This document shows, in pieces, positions 1-12,301 of a DNA stretch of 64,000 nt. The first letter of the stretch is position 1, and every line of letters begins with the position of its first letter. Below the pieces are notes generated by a model that saw nothing but the letters and a program-made list of their open reading frames with translations, was not told the DNA's origin and did not search any database. The DNA is from Veleropilina oligotropha. Lineage: Eukaryota. The stretch is taken from contig JBEUKZ010000010.1 in the NCBI GenBank assembly GCA_048128005.1, positions 868,001 through 932,000 of the forward strand. Direction: 5' to 3'. A program made the translations under genes and the position numbers.

Positions 1-223
1 TTAGAAGAAGCCACGCACTGCAATGCGAGTATCGAACACGCATCATACCACCCCACATTTCCCTTTTCCCGGCGATCTATACAATTGAGCCATCAAGGAC
101 ACGTTATCATTTTTTAAGCGTTAGAAGAAGCCACGCAATGCAATGCAGGGATCGAACATGCATCATACTACCCCACATTTCCCTTTTCCCGACGCTCTAC
201 CAGTTGAGCCATCAAGGACACCT
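1..223. repeat. Diverged tandem repeat, 120-bp period (2 copies visible, may extend beyond the window)
   Basis: ttagaagaagccacgca...ccccacatttcccttttccc...ttgagccatcaaggacac starts at both 1 and 121. Confidence 0.85.
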
Positions 224-664
224 TACCGGGTGACACGAAGTTATTCATTACACTATAATATGAAAAAATTCCATTCACAACAAAATTATCAATTTAAAAA
301 TATTCATTACACATGTTCATTTTGCACCAATATAACGAACAAAAATGCACGATAAAGCACGTATTGGTGGTTTGCGACAAGCGCATTGTTGTATATTATA
401 GTAATATGTAAAGAAAACTGTGGTATGAATTTTGCGGCTTTGAATAAATGAAGTTATCATGAAATTTAACTGGAATTATTGCACATGAGAGCCGAGTACT
501 TTCTGTATATTTTGTATCAATACTATAATATTCCTTGGGCCCGATGAGACAGGTTCCATTAATAACCTTATCCAGTGTTATTCCGACCACAAACACTTCA
601 AAATACTTTCACAATTCATGTGTGCATGTTCGAACGTCACTTGACAGCTCAATGTGTGTCTTCA

Positions 665-840
665 AAGTCACGTGTTTCTACTCGTCGACCAATTAGATCT
701 GCGGGCACCTTGATAGTCAAATGAGCGAAGGTTCAGAAGACTAAAATTTGGACAGGCCCATCCATCATCTATTGTTGGGGCAATCTATTGGGTCGCGGTC
801 GCGGGAACAATATATGATGGCTTGTGAAAGTCAGTCACTT
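665..840 (+). promoter_or_regulatory. Putative FAM181 proximal promoter
   Basis: E-box CACGTG 669-674, CCAAT 689-693, ATTGG 787-791, TATA-like 811-817 and Inr-like TCAGTC 831-836, all just upstream of the ORF; motif inference only. Confidence 0.3.
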
Positions 841-993
841 TTTGACAGTTGTTCTTATTGCTTTTGAATTTGTTTGTAAAGGGATTAAGGCGCTCGCAAC
901 GCGAAGGTATCGTGAAAGGCTAATTTTTAACTACCAAACATTGTGTGTTTATACCGTGGGGACCAAGAGACAGAGCATTTGCGGAGTTGTCGC

Positions 994-2118
994 ATGCACG
1001 TTGAACATATACTCGCATGCATGAAGATGACAAGTGTTTTACCGTACCCAACAGTTGCCGTTCCGATGGATCGATCATACACGACCATTTCGGAACCATT
1101 AGAACGACCATCACACGATGAAGCCACCACGAGTCTTCTAAACTTCGTAGATTCGGCCTCAAGCAATATTAAGTTGGCGCTCGATAAACCTTCCAAATCA
1201 AAACGAAAAGTCAACCATAGGAAGTATTTACAAAAGCAATTGAAACGATGCAATGGGTCTGGAGTGAGCGAACAGTCGGAATATAAACACATTCCGGACA
1301 ACGGTTCCACCATTCCGAAAGGACAGAGGCGTGAAATTGTTCAGATGGGTCTTCAGAATAAATCTCTACAAGCGTTGTTTGACCCTTCAACGTTGCACGG
1401 ATTGCGGTGTTACAACGGACATGATATGCCACCGTCGACAACCGGAATACCAAAGGTTCCCTTACGGAAACGAAAACTTCCAGCTTCCTTTTTTATCGAA
1501 CCCCGCGACAAGACGTTATCACCAGACGCATGCACCGTTAATATGCCGGCGTTGGTACCCATATTTCCGAACAATTCCGATATTTCGGTGGATACGCAGA
1601 ACACGTACACGAACTTGACAGTGGATTCCTTGGAATCTCTTCTGGGACAGCATGATTTTAGCGACCTGATTTCTGAAGCTTGGAATGATAACAGTCGAGT
1701 ATCCCCGGTTGCCCAATTTTGTTCCGGAAACATGGAAATTAGTAGTCCCGGAAACATGGAAATTAGTAGTCACGGATCCTATTCCGATTCTTCGGATGTC
1801 AACTCTCCGTCGCTTTCTGAGCAACAAACGGATTGGTCTGGATGCTATATGTCACAATTTCCAGAATCTCAACAAGATGACATTGCTGTTATACTCCAGG
1901 GCACCTATGTGGATGAACCGGTCCAACCATCGAGCAACTGTCGCCTCAACGGCGGAGAAAAACTTAGACATTTCGAAGGAACAGTCACTCCGAATTCAAA
2001 TGCGTGTCTCCCAACCTTCCCTCAAGCGTTCCCATCAACGCAATCGTCGTGCAATCTCCAAACGGAATACACGTGGACCGGGAATCAAGGATTTGACCAA
2101 AGCTACACTTACCTGTGA
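994..2118 (+). CDS. FAM181: FAM181 family protein (intronless; TEAD-interacting)
   Basis: Family hallmark [49 protein letters not shown], and omega-loop-like [16 protein letters not shown]. First in-frame ATG at 994 (alternatives 1021, 1027, 1066); the ORF-track start at 943 is GTG. Confidence 0.95.
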   Translation: MHVEHILACMKMTSVLPYPTVAVPMDRSYTTISEPLERPSHDEATTSLLNFVDSASSNIKLALDKPSKSKRKVNHRKYLQKQLKRCNGSGVSEQSEYKHIPDNGSTIPKGQRREIVQMGLQNKSLQALFDPSTLHGLRCYNGHDMPPSTTGIPKVPLRKRKLPASFFIEPRDKTLSPDACTVNMPALVPIFPNNSDISVDTQNTYTNLTVDSLESLLGQHDFSDLISEAWNDNSRVSPVAQFCSGNMEISSPGNMEISSHGSYSDSSDVNSPSLSEQQTDWSGCYMSQFPESQQDDIAVILQGTYVDEPVQPSSNCRLNGGEKLRHFEGTVTPNSNACLPTFPQAFPSTQSSCNLQTEYTWTGNQGFDQSYTYL

Positions 2119-3771
2119 TTACATTTTAATGGCTTGGACTATAATGATTCAAGTGTCATCCTGAATGAACAAAACATTTAACTCCAAGAATATTGTGCAA
2201 GTATATAATATTTAAAATACGTGATATTTGAAGTGTGATTCATAACATGTGCAACGAACTGCAATTATACGTCGTATGCAATATGGCTGCTGCATATTAT
2301 CTCATGCTGTTTCTTGCTTTTCTGCAATATTGTAAAGTATATATATCAGAATATCCTCACATATATTATTTTATTTATATATTCGCATCATAACACTTTG
2401 TGCATTATAATTATTTATCGATTCCATTCATTGTATAATTTGTTCATCCGTAATTATTTACTCTTATTAATTGTATATTCACGGTAATCGTCAATATTTG
2501 ATTAAAATGTTCATATTAAATACAAGTATATAACTTAAATTTAATGGAGTTTAATGGATTTTTGCTTTGTAATTATTCAAATACTAGTATTTAATTATTT
2601 AAAAGTTTAAAAAATTGACATGTCTGTATTAAACATTAGAAGGCACAGTGTCGATAATTGAAAAAATGACAATATATTATATATTTGATTTACTGAGACT
2701 ATATGGCATTATTGTATATGAATATTTTAATCATATATATACGACGTTTTCGTAGAAATATGCATCATTCGGAATTAAACGTCTTTATTATGAAAAAGCA
2801 AATATCATCTGATACAAAACCTGCGGAATACATGATGATTTAAATGCATTGGTAATTGGCAATAATAACAGAATTCACTCAGGTTAATTGCAGATTTAAA
2901 TCCGAACGGATTTATAGGCATGTCCATTCTATTGGGCTTCGCAATATCCATGTAAGTCTAACGTAATAAACAGACACAAGCAATTCTCAACATACAGAGT
3001 TTGAAGATAATGTGTATTAAATTGCAATAAGCCGATATTGTGTTACATATTGATACAAATGTTTATACGTGTATTATTTAACGAAGTAGATATTTCCCCG
3101 TGATAATATGCTTTAGTATCATGCGTTTTAATATGACAATAAAGATTTTATTATTATTATATATGAACCAAATCGTCACTTTATTTTATATAATTGCAGA
3201 ATCCATGGTCCTGTGTCGCAATCAATGTTATTCTGACAATAAACAAATTATCTTTATGCAGATAATTAATCATGACAATATTCCCATGCATCAATGATCC
3301 TTCTGTTATTTATGGCCACTTTGAGTGGTGTAAAAATCCTGTTGTAAACCCCCCCCCCCCTGAAATGTCCCCTGTGTAAATTTTCCTGGTTTGTCGACCA
3401 TAGATATATATGATCTATAGAAATGTAAAAAATGATATCAACCCAAGATAACAGACACTGTCTATTGAACCCCCACCAAAAAAAATGAACATTGCTCCCA
3501 AAATATTTAGTCAAGTGGCTGACAGGCCTTTCGGAAGCATTTCTCGCAATTTTGTTCTTGTTTCTTTCTGATTTGAGGTATTAGAATATATTTGGTATTG
3601 GCTAGAGTCTTTGAGATAAAATATACGAGTTGGCGAGCCGAATCTATCGAAAAGCATAGCTTTTAATGAATATTTCATACGGTTTACTTGTCTGCGCCCA
3701 CATTGTGGGGAATGAATGTATGTAAGATATCTTACAAAAATACCCGATTACCTAAAAACAGTAAGTGTGTA

Positions 3772-3915
3772 CGCACCGGCAGCCGAGTGGATAAGAACGC
3801 GGATTGCTCTATGTAACAGAAGTGGCTTAGATTCATCGGCTGTTCAGTTAACAGTCACTGTTGTCCTTAACCGACCAGTGAGGGATGATTTTCATCGGCG
3901 ACCGGACTTTCATTT
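3772..3915 (+). mobile_element. Degenerate tRNA-derived SINE copy
   Basis: A-box-like GGCAGCCGAGTGG, then core cactgttgtcc...gaggg...ggcgaccgg shared with 10558-10821 and 32524-32695. Confidence 0.5.
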
Positions 3916-4724
3916 TGCGATAATCGGACATGACCCTGAATGTGCGGTTAGACAGAGCGCATACAGTGAAATGAGTGAAGTCAGAGTCCATAGTCTTAAC
4001 CACTCAGCTACCCGTGCGGCTTCTGGAAACATGAAAATGGAATTGAATTTGTATTACTAGTATATGTCTTTTGAACTCTTGAAAATAAAATGTTTTAGAG
4101 AGGCATTTGATAAAAAAGTACACATATATATCATGTTTATGATCATAGCGAAAATTGGAAAGACCGTATGTGCTACCTACCTTGAGCCCAATCAGAAGGT
4201 AGCCTTGAGCCGTCATTACTAGATGGATACCTTTTTTGGTACATGTCGGTTGAAATTTTGCCAGACACCGACACACGGATACATTAGGCAAGCGGAAAAT
4301 TATGACCGAACAAATATCAATTCTGGTCTTCACCTACCAATCTCGTTCCGACAACAACATAAGACATTTACAAGAGATAAAGTCCAAAATTTAAAACCGC
4401 GATAAGAGTGAAAATATCATTCATTATCCCAATTTATGTTAGTTAATCCTTACGTCTATTCATATTTATAATAAAAATTCACTAAATATTAAAACTTATG
4501 ATAGTAACCCTTTATATATGTTACTCTCTTATCCCATGAAATCATAAAGCCTATAACGATGCGTGTCCGCTCCTCTATACCGTGTGGTTTCAAATTCCGA
4601 CTCTGCAGCCACTGCCATAACTGATCTATCTGAAAGGCGTATGTTCGAACCTCGATTGGGCAATGGCATTCATATAGACATGTTGTGGTTTGAACCTGAA
4701 AGTTGTAAATAAACAGGACATTAA

Positions 4725-5577
4725 CCTCATAGCCACCGGAGCGCAATATACTAGGAATATTGACGCTCTCATATAGAACAAAGACAAAGAATATAGACAA
4801 CTTTTGATGCATATTATTTACGATTACCAACGGTGAATAATTGCGTCTTATTTTCCAAAATGGCGGACGACCCACGCTGTGTTAGAACATTTGGTAACAT
4901 GAATGTTATTTTACAAAATGTTACACGATGTGAGTGATATTGAAAAAATGATACCAATAATGATCCCCTTATCCCTCTTTTGACAGGGACTCTGAAACAC
5001 GTTATAATGAAGAAAATGAGTATTATAATAAGACCATAATGATATATTTGCATAATTTAGTCATTCCAAATTACATCTCTTACATATATTATTCATAATA
5101 ATAATAATTCTGTAACATGTTTTATTAGATCTCCATTGCGGCCTTTCAATGTTTTGATATAGGTAACAAAATGTTGATTTAGATCTAGTAATATCATGCC
5201 ATTACGTCATATTTTCTAATATTGGAAGAAAATCCTCAATCGTGAAAAAAAATTGCGTTTCAGTGTCTCGTTTTGTAGCGAAATGAGTATACTATCTGAA
5301 TATAAATGATTTATAGCACAACGTGTGAATAAATAAATAAAAATATGGGGTTGAAAGTTGAAAATATCATAATTATTGCTCTTGATGGCGGCCATTTTGA
5401 ATACATAATGAGGTCATGTGACCGTATTTGCATAATTTAAACTTTTTAAGTTGAAGGTCATGCAACTACCTTTCTTATGTTATATGAAAAAGATGCGATT
5501 ATGTCGGTATTTCCCAATGTTTATTAAGGTACCAAAATATGTCGAATTTGGTCCTCAGGAATTCGGTGGTTAGGAGG
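4725..5577. mobile_element. piggyBac-like non-autonomous DNA transposon (TTAA TSD)
   Basis: TTAA 4721-4724 + cctcatagccaccgga ... ttcggtggttaggagg + TTAA 5578-5581; imperfect TIRs beginning CCT. Confidence 0.7.
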
Positions 5578-7989
5578 TTAAACAGCGGTCCAATCATTCT
5601 CCAGAGACATTCACCCATTTCAAAATTAAGAAACAAAATAGAATTTTATTGAACAATATTACTCATATTATTTTATCATTATGCAGTATCCATTATATAA
5701 TTTAATTTTTGAAGATTTGGCTATAGATAAACAACAACAAAAATATGCTGTTTTTCAGAAAGTGTTGGAGTTCGATTGAAGAAGCATTGCTGTCCATAGC
5801 ACTTTTCTTATTTTACTTAGATAGATATGTTTATTTGTCTTTCTTAGCTTGGCGACTTTGCAATAAAGGACCCTTTATGTTTAATACATCGCCAAATTAG
5901 GCCCTAAACATAATTTAAAAAATATGTCGCATTATTATAAGAGTATGAGTGCGCTTGGAACAAGTTGTGTTCTTATGACTTTTGCTGTCGCTATGACATG
6001 TGCTCATTCATATCAGAAGTTGTTCAGATTTGCGATGGTCACTTCTGAGACTGGTGGCGTAAAGTTCTGAGTTGATAGGCGTACATTTAGCAGAGCTGTG
6101 TGGACATCTTGCATAGTACTAGTATTATGCAGAGCTCTAAATTTTGAACAGACAAAGATAAAGTGGTACAAATTGGTGAATTAAAAGCAACTATATGCAT
6201 ATGCTTATATTTGACAGTATGTTACACATCTTACACAAGTTCGACGCATCAACCCGAACTCCCATCATAGAAGAAAAAGAATTTGTTTATTAACTCCATA
6301 GGCCATATGGCCCTTTGGATACATACAATATATACATACAATGAGGCATATCTACTCATCTTATATTTAGGTATGTTGAATGATTATAACCAATAGTATA
6401 CCATTAAAAATGTCAGATACACTAATTATACAGGATTACATATCTTATATATATATATATATATAAGCATAGGGCCTACAGTACAGCTAATGAGTCAATT
6501 GTATTTCTTTGAAAGTAGACGAAATCGAAATACGCATTTCAGTTTCATTTGGTCGAATATTACCGGCTTTCAGCCTCTTTGGTTGTTTACCGTATATGTG
6601 CTAACGACAAAACAATGTTGGTGTTTTTTACTAATCTGACACAACTTTGGCATGTTGCGTAAGGTAAAACAAGAAACCCACTCGTTTGACTTTGATAATA
6701 GATGGCTGACACGTCTATTGGTTAAAATGCGCCGTGACGTCATCTTACGTAATCGTAAAATAGCGTATTGACTCGTCAACGCAAATCGCATTCTTATACC
6801 ACTTTCGATTTCTGTTGCTTACTTTGGCAGGTTGTAAACATTTGAAATTGAGAACGTAAATAAATACTTCATTTGTGATGAGAAAGTGTCTTTAGTTTCA
6901 TCTACAACAGGCCGTAAATCAAGTATGATACTTAATTACGTGGAAAGTGATAAGAGCCCTTGACTTTATGTAAGTGCGTAATGCGATTTATGGTTAGTGG
7001 ACAGACTCGGTAGCGATTCTTTATATGACGTGTTCGTATTTAACGTATATTATACAAAATATATTACGATAAATAGTTTAGCATAATTGATGTTAATCAA
7101 ACAGTATCGACAAAATATGTACAGATAAACAATAGAGATAAATAAACAGGATGTTACTTGCCTTATAGCTTTGGTCACATAAAAAGCAAATCGTTTACTT
7201 GCAATATCGTAAATTAAATTATTGATAATATCTTGTAATGAAGTAGCCTCTATGAATTTTAACTGTTTTTAAAGAAAAGAGTGTTTTATTAACATATCAT
7301 GAAAATATATGGTAAAAGGGAGATTCAGTCTAATGAAATAGGCAAATATAACCATTGAAACGTGAGACATTCATCACTAAATTGCGTCAAATTTCAATAA
7401 AAAAGGTGCTGATTATAAATTAATTTTAAGATTATTACTAAGTGAGGCTAACTTGAATAAAACTACACTAGATTAGTTTGTCGTATTTATTATAAAATGC
7501 ATATTTCTATTCCGTACCGAGATAGTATTCAATTCGTTTAGTTTTGTATATCTTTTATAAACTGATATGATCAAATTTCGTTGTCGTCGTTACAGTATAC
7601 TCATTAAAATACATAATAATATTAATTATAGAAGGAAAAAATGCACTGTGCCTATTCTAAAATAACTGTTGTAAATTGAGTTCTGCAGATTTTAATTATT
7701 AATTATATCATTTAATATTTTTATATTGCTCTAGTCTAACTCTAACCGCAACTTTTTAAAACATAAAAATAAAAAAGAGAAATATCAATAATGCATAATA
7801 TGAATACAATAAACATAAATAGTAAACAGACAAGAAGCACTTTCTGTAATAACAAACATAACCAGAAAGGGGTTATGCAGACATTACTGAACTTCAGACT
7901 TTGGTGTTTGTTATGGTCTATAATTTTGTCGGACTTGACATTAATTCGGATCACATCGAATTATTTTTGCAAATAGGTGTCTGTGATGC

Positions 7990-8590
7990 ACTTTTTAAAT
8001 TTTAGATGGTAGTTTGTCGTCTGTGCCCTAATAGGTCGAATCGGAGACAGAAGTTCACTGATTCTTTTGAAGAAAACGAATGTAAGAAATTTAAAGGCAA
8101 TATGTTGCTCATCAAGGTGCAAATGTATCTTCAATAACAGCGAAGTGGCTTGGTATCTTTATTCGGCAAGTAAAATTAACCTAGCTGACGCATTTTGAAC
8201 TTGTTGGCAACTTGCAACCTGTTAATGAGGCATACATTTATTTAAAAGCAAACTTTTTAAGTATTTCATGTGAAATATGACACATGAACGCACAAGAAGA
8301 TTGGGTTTCATCTAGTGTCAGAAAACAACGAATGCGTCCGACGTTTCTTAGAAATAATACTAACGAGCATTTAACCGTATCGATAACGAATTTCTCCATC
8401 GACATGGTGATGTCAAAGTAAGCACCCAGATTTGTGACGCATCACCAGAGATTAATTTATCAGAACACGTCTTCGGATGATGATGACCTCATATTCATTT
8501 ACTTGATTTCATCATTTGTTGCAAGTTCAACCGTCGAGAGATGAATACCAGTACGATTGAGCTTTTCAACTTCATAAATGTCATCTACTG
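7990..8590 (-). pseudogene. Decayed L2/CR1-group LINE ORF2 C-terminal remnant
   Basis: Minus-strand translation fragments VTNLGAYFDITMSMEKFV, FLRNVGRIRCFLT and QQVQNASARLIL resemble the post-RT region of L2 elements; many stops and frameshifts. Confidence 0.6.
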
Positions 8591-9154
8591 TAGAATTTTA
8601 TGCGACAACGAAATAGTGTTTCCCATTTTAATTATTTTTCAACAACAAAGTCACGAAAATAGTGATTCCATCATCATAGTAATCAGTCGGCACTAGGCAC
8701 TGGAGTTGTTTTATTGTATTGAAATAGGTCTTTAGTTACATTAAAGAGCTGATTTTTATGGACTTTAAAGCTATTGTTTGAGAAAATTTCAGATTTAACA
8801 TCCGTGGGCATTGCCGATGGTTAACCAACTTTCATTGTTTCTTATATGATTTATTTTCGGTGAGTATGCTTGAATTCTAAGCCATGTACTGGTGTCTTTT
8901 GATATTTAAAAATTATTTGCATTATTCTACATTATAATAAAATTGGCATTAATATATTAACATTATGGCATATATTGTGCAATCAAGACCTCTGCTTACG
9001 CAATATGGATCAGTAGAAAAGTGGTACCTTGTTATATGACTGTAAACACGGGATGTCAACAGAGAAGCGACTGTCATAACGCTATGTTATGTTAAATTCT
9101 TCATGGATTTTTTTCAGCACTCGGCTCGACGCTCATTCACTATTGTGCCATATA

Positions 9155-9689
9155 TAGAGGATATCGAACGAGTGCCCATTCCATATGAGAATTATGAAAC
9201 GAGTCGGGCACAATTTATGTACCGAGCCTTGGCGAGGTACATAAATTTGCTGACGAGTTTCATAATTCTCATATGAAATGGACACAAGTTTCATATCTTC
9301 TTTATCACATGACTTTATTTACCTATAAACTTGTTTTGTTGCGTTTTTAAACACATTTCTTTACGTTTTGAAACTAATTTATGTCAGTACTTTTAGCGAT
9401 AAATTGCCATTGCCTCAGACGCATCACGCCTCGAAAGCACGCGCCACGCCAGTACGCTAATAAAGAATAGTTCAACGTCAGTAATCGACGAGTCAACGCG
9501 TATGAATTATTATCTTCATGTATGTGATCTATGTTAATGAGGGTGATGCGCCGCCTAATCAACTTGGCGCCAGATGCGATGATCGGCCGTCATGCTCGCC
9601 CTCATTTGCATACTTATGAGACGTGTCTTTTTGTATCGAAATTTATGGAACGGCTTCTACCGTTCCATAACAGATTTGTCATGTGAAAA
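9155..9689. mobile_element. Crypton-like (CryptonV-type) non-autonomous element
   Basis: Begins tagaggatat; ~150-bp terminal palindrome centred on gccttggcga (9226-9235); tttatcacatgac (9301-9313) is inversely repeated at the far end (gtcatgtgaaaa). Same architecture as 28551-29768. Confidence 0.6.
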
Positions 9690-10557
9690 GAATATATTCA
9701 CAATGTGAGGCCAGCTTTAATGGGGCGCCAAAGAAAGGTCACGTAGTCACAAAGCCAAATAGCTTTTTTAAAATATACATTTGCTGATTTTTCTTGACTT
9801 TAGGGTACAACCAAAGTGACTTTTGGTTGTAAACAATATTTATATTTGACGTTTTGGTTGCAAACAGGGATATCTCTATCTCTAACCAGAGCTGTTCCAC
9901 TGTTTGCGGTGCTCGCATAATCTTCCAAGATTAATGGACTATGCGATAGGTGAATATTACGTAATATAATGACAGTGTGGAAAAAAACAATTTTCCTTGT
10001 ATATTTTCCAACATATAAGAAATCGGATATTTGACAAAATACGAAGTTCTTCTTTGTGTGACTGTTTATAACCAAAGCGTTTTGTTCACTGTTGGCTAGA
10101 CACAGTAATGTGTTTCAAGTTTGGAGCACAACAACGTAAACAGTTATCTGGTTATAAACTGAGGTTATCAACAGAGATGTCCAGAAAACTCTTCTTCGTC
10201 CGTGCTTGCAACCAAAGCGTCAAATACATTTTTTATTTTGAACCAATAGTTCAAATGCAAAAATGCTCTTGGAGTAAATTTAAATTTAATCATGTTGAGT
10301 GTCATTACTGATCGATGACGTTGTGTTACATTAGTAAATCGTCCATAGCAGTACCCTTTCATTGCGAACAACGCAAACGCATAATATGAAAGACGTCATT
10401 TCGCAATATATTTCGACATCGATATTGCAACTTTCTACACATCGCCGGCACCTCTCTCAACAGGTCATATTCGTAATACGTTTGCGTGAATTGGTGTCAA
10501 TTTAATATGCATTCGCTGCAATGTTTGGATTACAATAAGTACATGTATATATATATA

Positions 10558-10821
10558 TGAGGAGGAGGAGGAATTATGCTTAATGTCCTGTATATTTACA
10601 ACATCGAGGTTCAAGGCAGGACATGTCCGTGTTGTCGCGGGAGGAAACCCCGGTCGCCCGGTTAAACCCGCCCTCTTCGGCCAGTCACGGACAACTGTGA
10701 TTCATAACTTCAACAAATTTCAATGCCTCAGCCAGGTATTGAACCCACCACTACTAGTTCGCATTAGCGGAATCAAGCCAGTTAGGGTGGACACTCTACC
10801 CACTGCGCTGCCGAAGCGGCC
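10558..10821 (-). mobile_element. tRNA-derived SINE
   Basis: Minus strand: A box GGCAGCGCAGTGG, B box GGTTCAATACC, ccggggtttcctccc core, (CCT)n tail; flanked on both sides by atatatatatatga (putative TSD in a TA run). Confidence 0.8.
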
Positions 10822-11529
10822 ATATATATATATGAAGATTTGTCTTAAATACAGTGATCACGGCTAAACGACCTTATTACCCAAGGACCTTTCTCAATAT
10901 TTGCAATTTTTTTAACGCAGTTTCAGATGTGTACCACCTCCATAAATGTCGCGGTCCGTCTGTCAGGTTGGCGGGCTGATCTAGATCAACTATGCTCACA
11001 TTATGCAACTGTGTTGTTATTTTTACTGTAATAAGATCGACATGGACTCCGTTAACGACGGCGGTTACGTTTTTGGCGGCATTTCTATTTTTGTTTATTT
11101 GTCGAATTATGATGGCGGCGCGCATTAATTTTAGCGGTCCGTATCAGTAATATCAAGTGCCATATCACCGGCAATAGTGGTCAGTTTATAGTAAAACTGA
11201 TCTTACCTCCACAATAAAGCATCGTGACTCGCAAGCGTGGTGTAAGTGGTCTTGTGTAATACTCGTTCAAGAACTCGCATTTTACAACAAAATATGAATT
11301 TTCTGAAAAATTGAAAAAACCCGAGTATATTATGGAGTCATGAGTGTATATTTAACGGCCACACCAGCAAATGTTCAATCACAAGTCAGTTGAATAAGGA
11401 AATGTAAACAGCGTTTGCGGGGAACCAAGGAGTCATGGTTTCCTACGTCACCTAGGACACGCCGATTTACGACTGCTGAAAGTATTCGATTGATTCAAAA
11501 TATAAAATAACAAAAAAAGATGACGTCTT

Positions 11530-12301
11530 CAGTGGCGTAGCCAGCTGAAAATGATGTGCAAGCCAGAGGCGTCGGAGTGATTTTGCCATTGGGGAGGCCG
11601 GATTTTATGTTGGGGGGTGCGTCAGGGTCGAGCCACGTACGTGAGCGGCCGAAGGCGGCGAATATCTAGGGGGGTTTGGGGGCATGCTCCCCCAAGATTT
11701 TTTTAATTTACACGCTCTGAGAAGCGTTCTCCTGCATTCTATGACAAAAATTGACATTTTTGGGGGCCTCAAAATTTATAGTTTGGAGAGCAGAAAAATA
11801 AAAATATATATTTTCGTTTCTGGCAGAAATATTGGGGGGGGCGGCCGCCGCCCCAGCTCCGACGCCTCTGCAAGCCCGTTTGAAGAATAGAGCACCGGAG
11901 GTGCGACCCCGGTAGGGGGGCATCCCCCCCAATAATTTTTTGAAACCTAGACATCAAATGGTGCACTCTGGCACCTTTTAAGGGAAATGTATGCACTAAC
12001 AAACACATAAGAAAAGTTCAGTTTTTCATACAATTTTATATAGTATATACCCCCATGAAGCAAACTGTAATTTACCGAGCGAGTATTAAATTAGCATCTA
12101 AATAACGCCTATTTCGGGGCAGTTTTTGTCTTTCTTTATGCAAGAATAGCAATAATGCTGCAGAAGCACGAACAAAGTAGCATTAAAAAGTAGCAAAAAT
12201 GCTGTACGCCCGAAAATCTTTTACAGCAAAAAAATAAAAAATAAAAACTGAAAATAATGTGCAAGCCCGGGCGTTGTGGCGTAAAGGCAGCTACGCCACT
12301 G
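11530..12301. mobile_element. Non-autonomous DNA transposon with CAG termini and 5-bp TSD (hAT5-like)
   Basis: TIR cagtggcgtagc/gctacgccactg; TSD GTCTT at 11525-11529 and 12302-12306. Confidence 0.85.
11564..11870. mobile_element. Nested MITE with CAG termini and 5-bp TSD
   Basis: TIR cagaggcgtcggag/ctccgacgcctctg; TSD CAAGC at 11559-11563 and 11871-11875. Confidence 0.9.

Noticed and set aside
943..993. ORF-track start of FAM181
   Set aside because: It is a GTG codon; in a eukaryote the first ATG (994 or later) is more plausible
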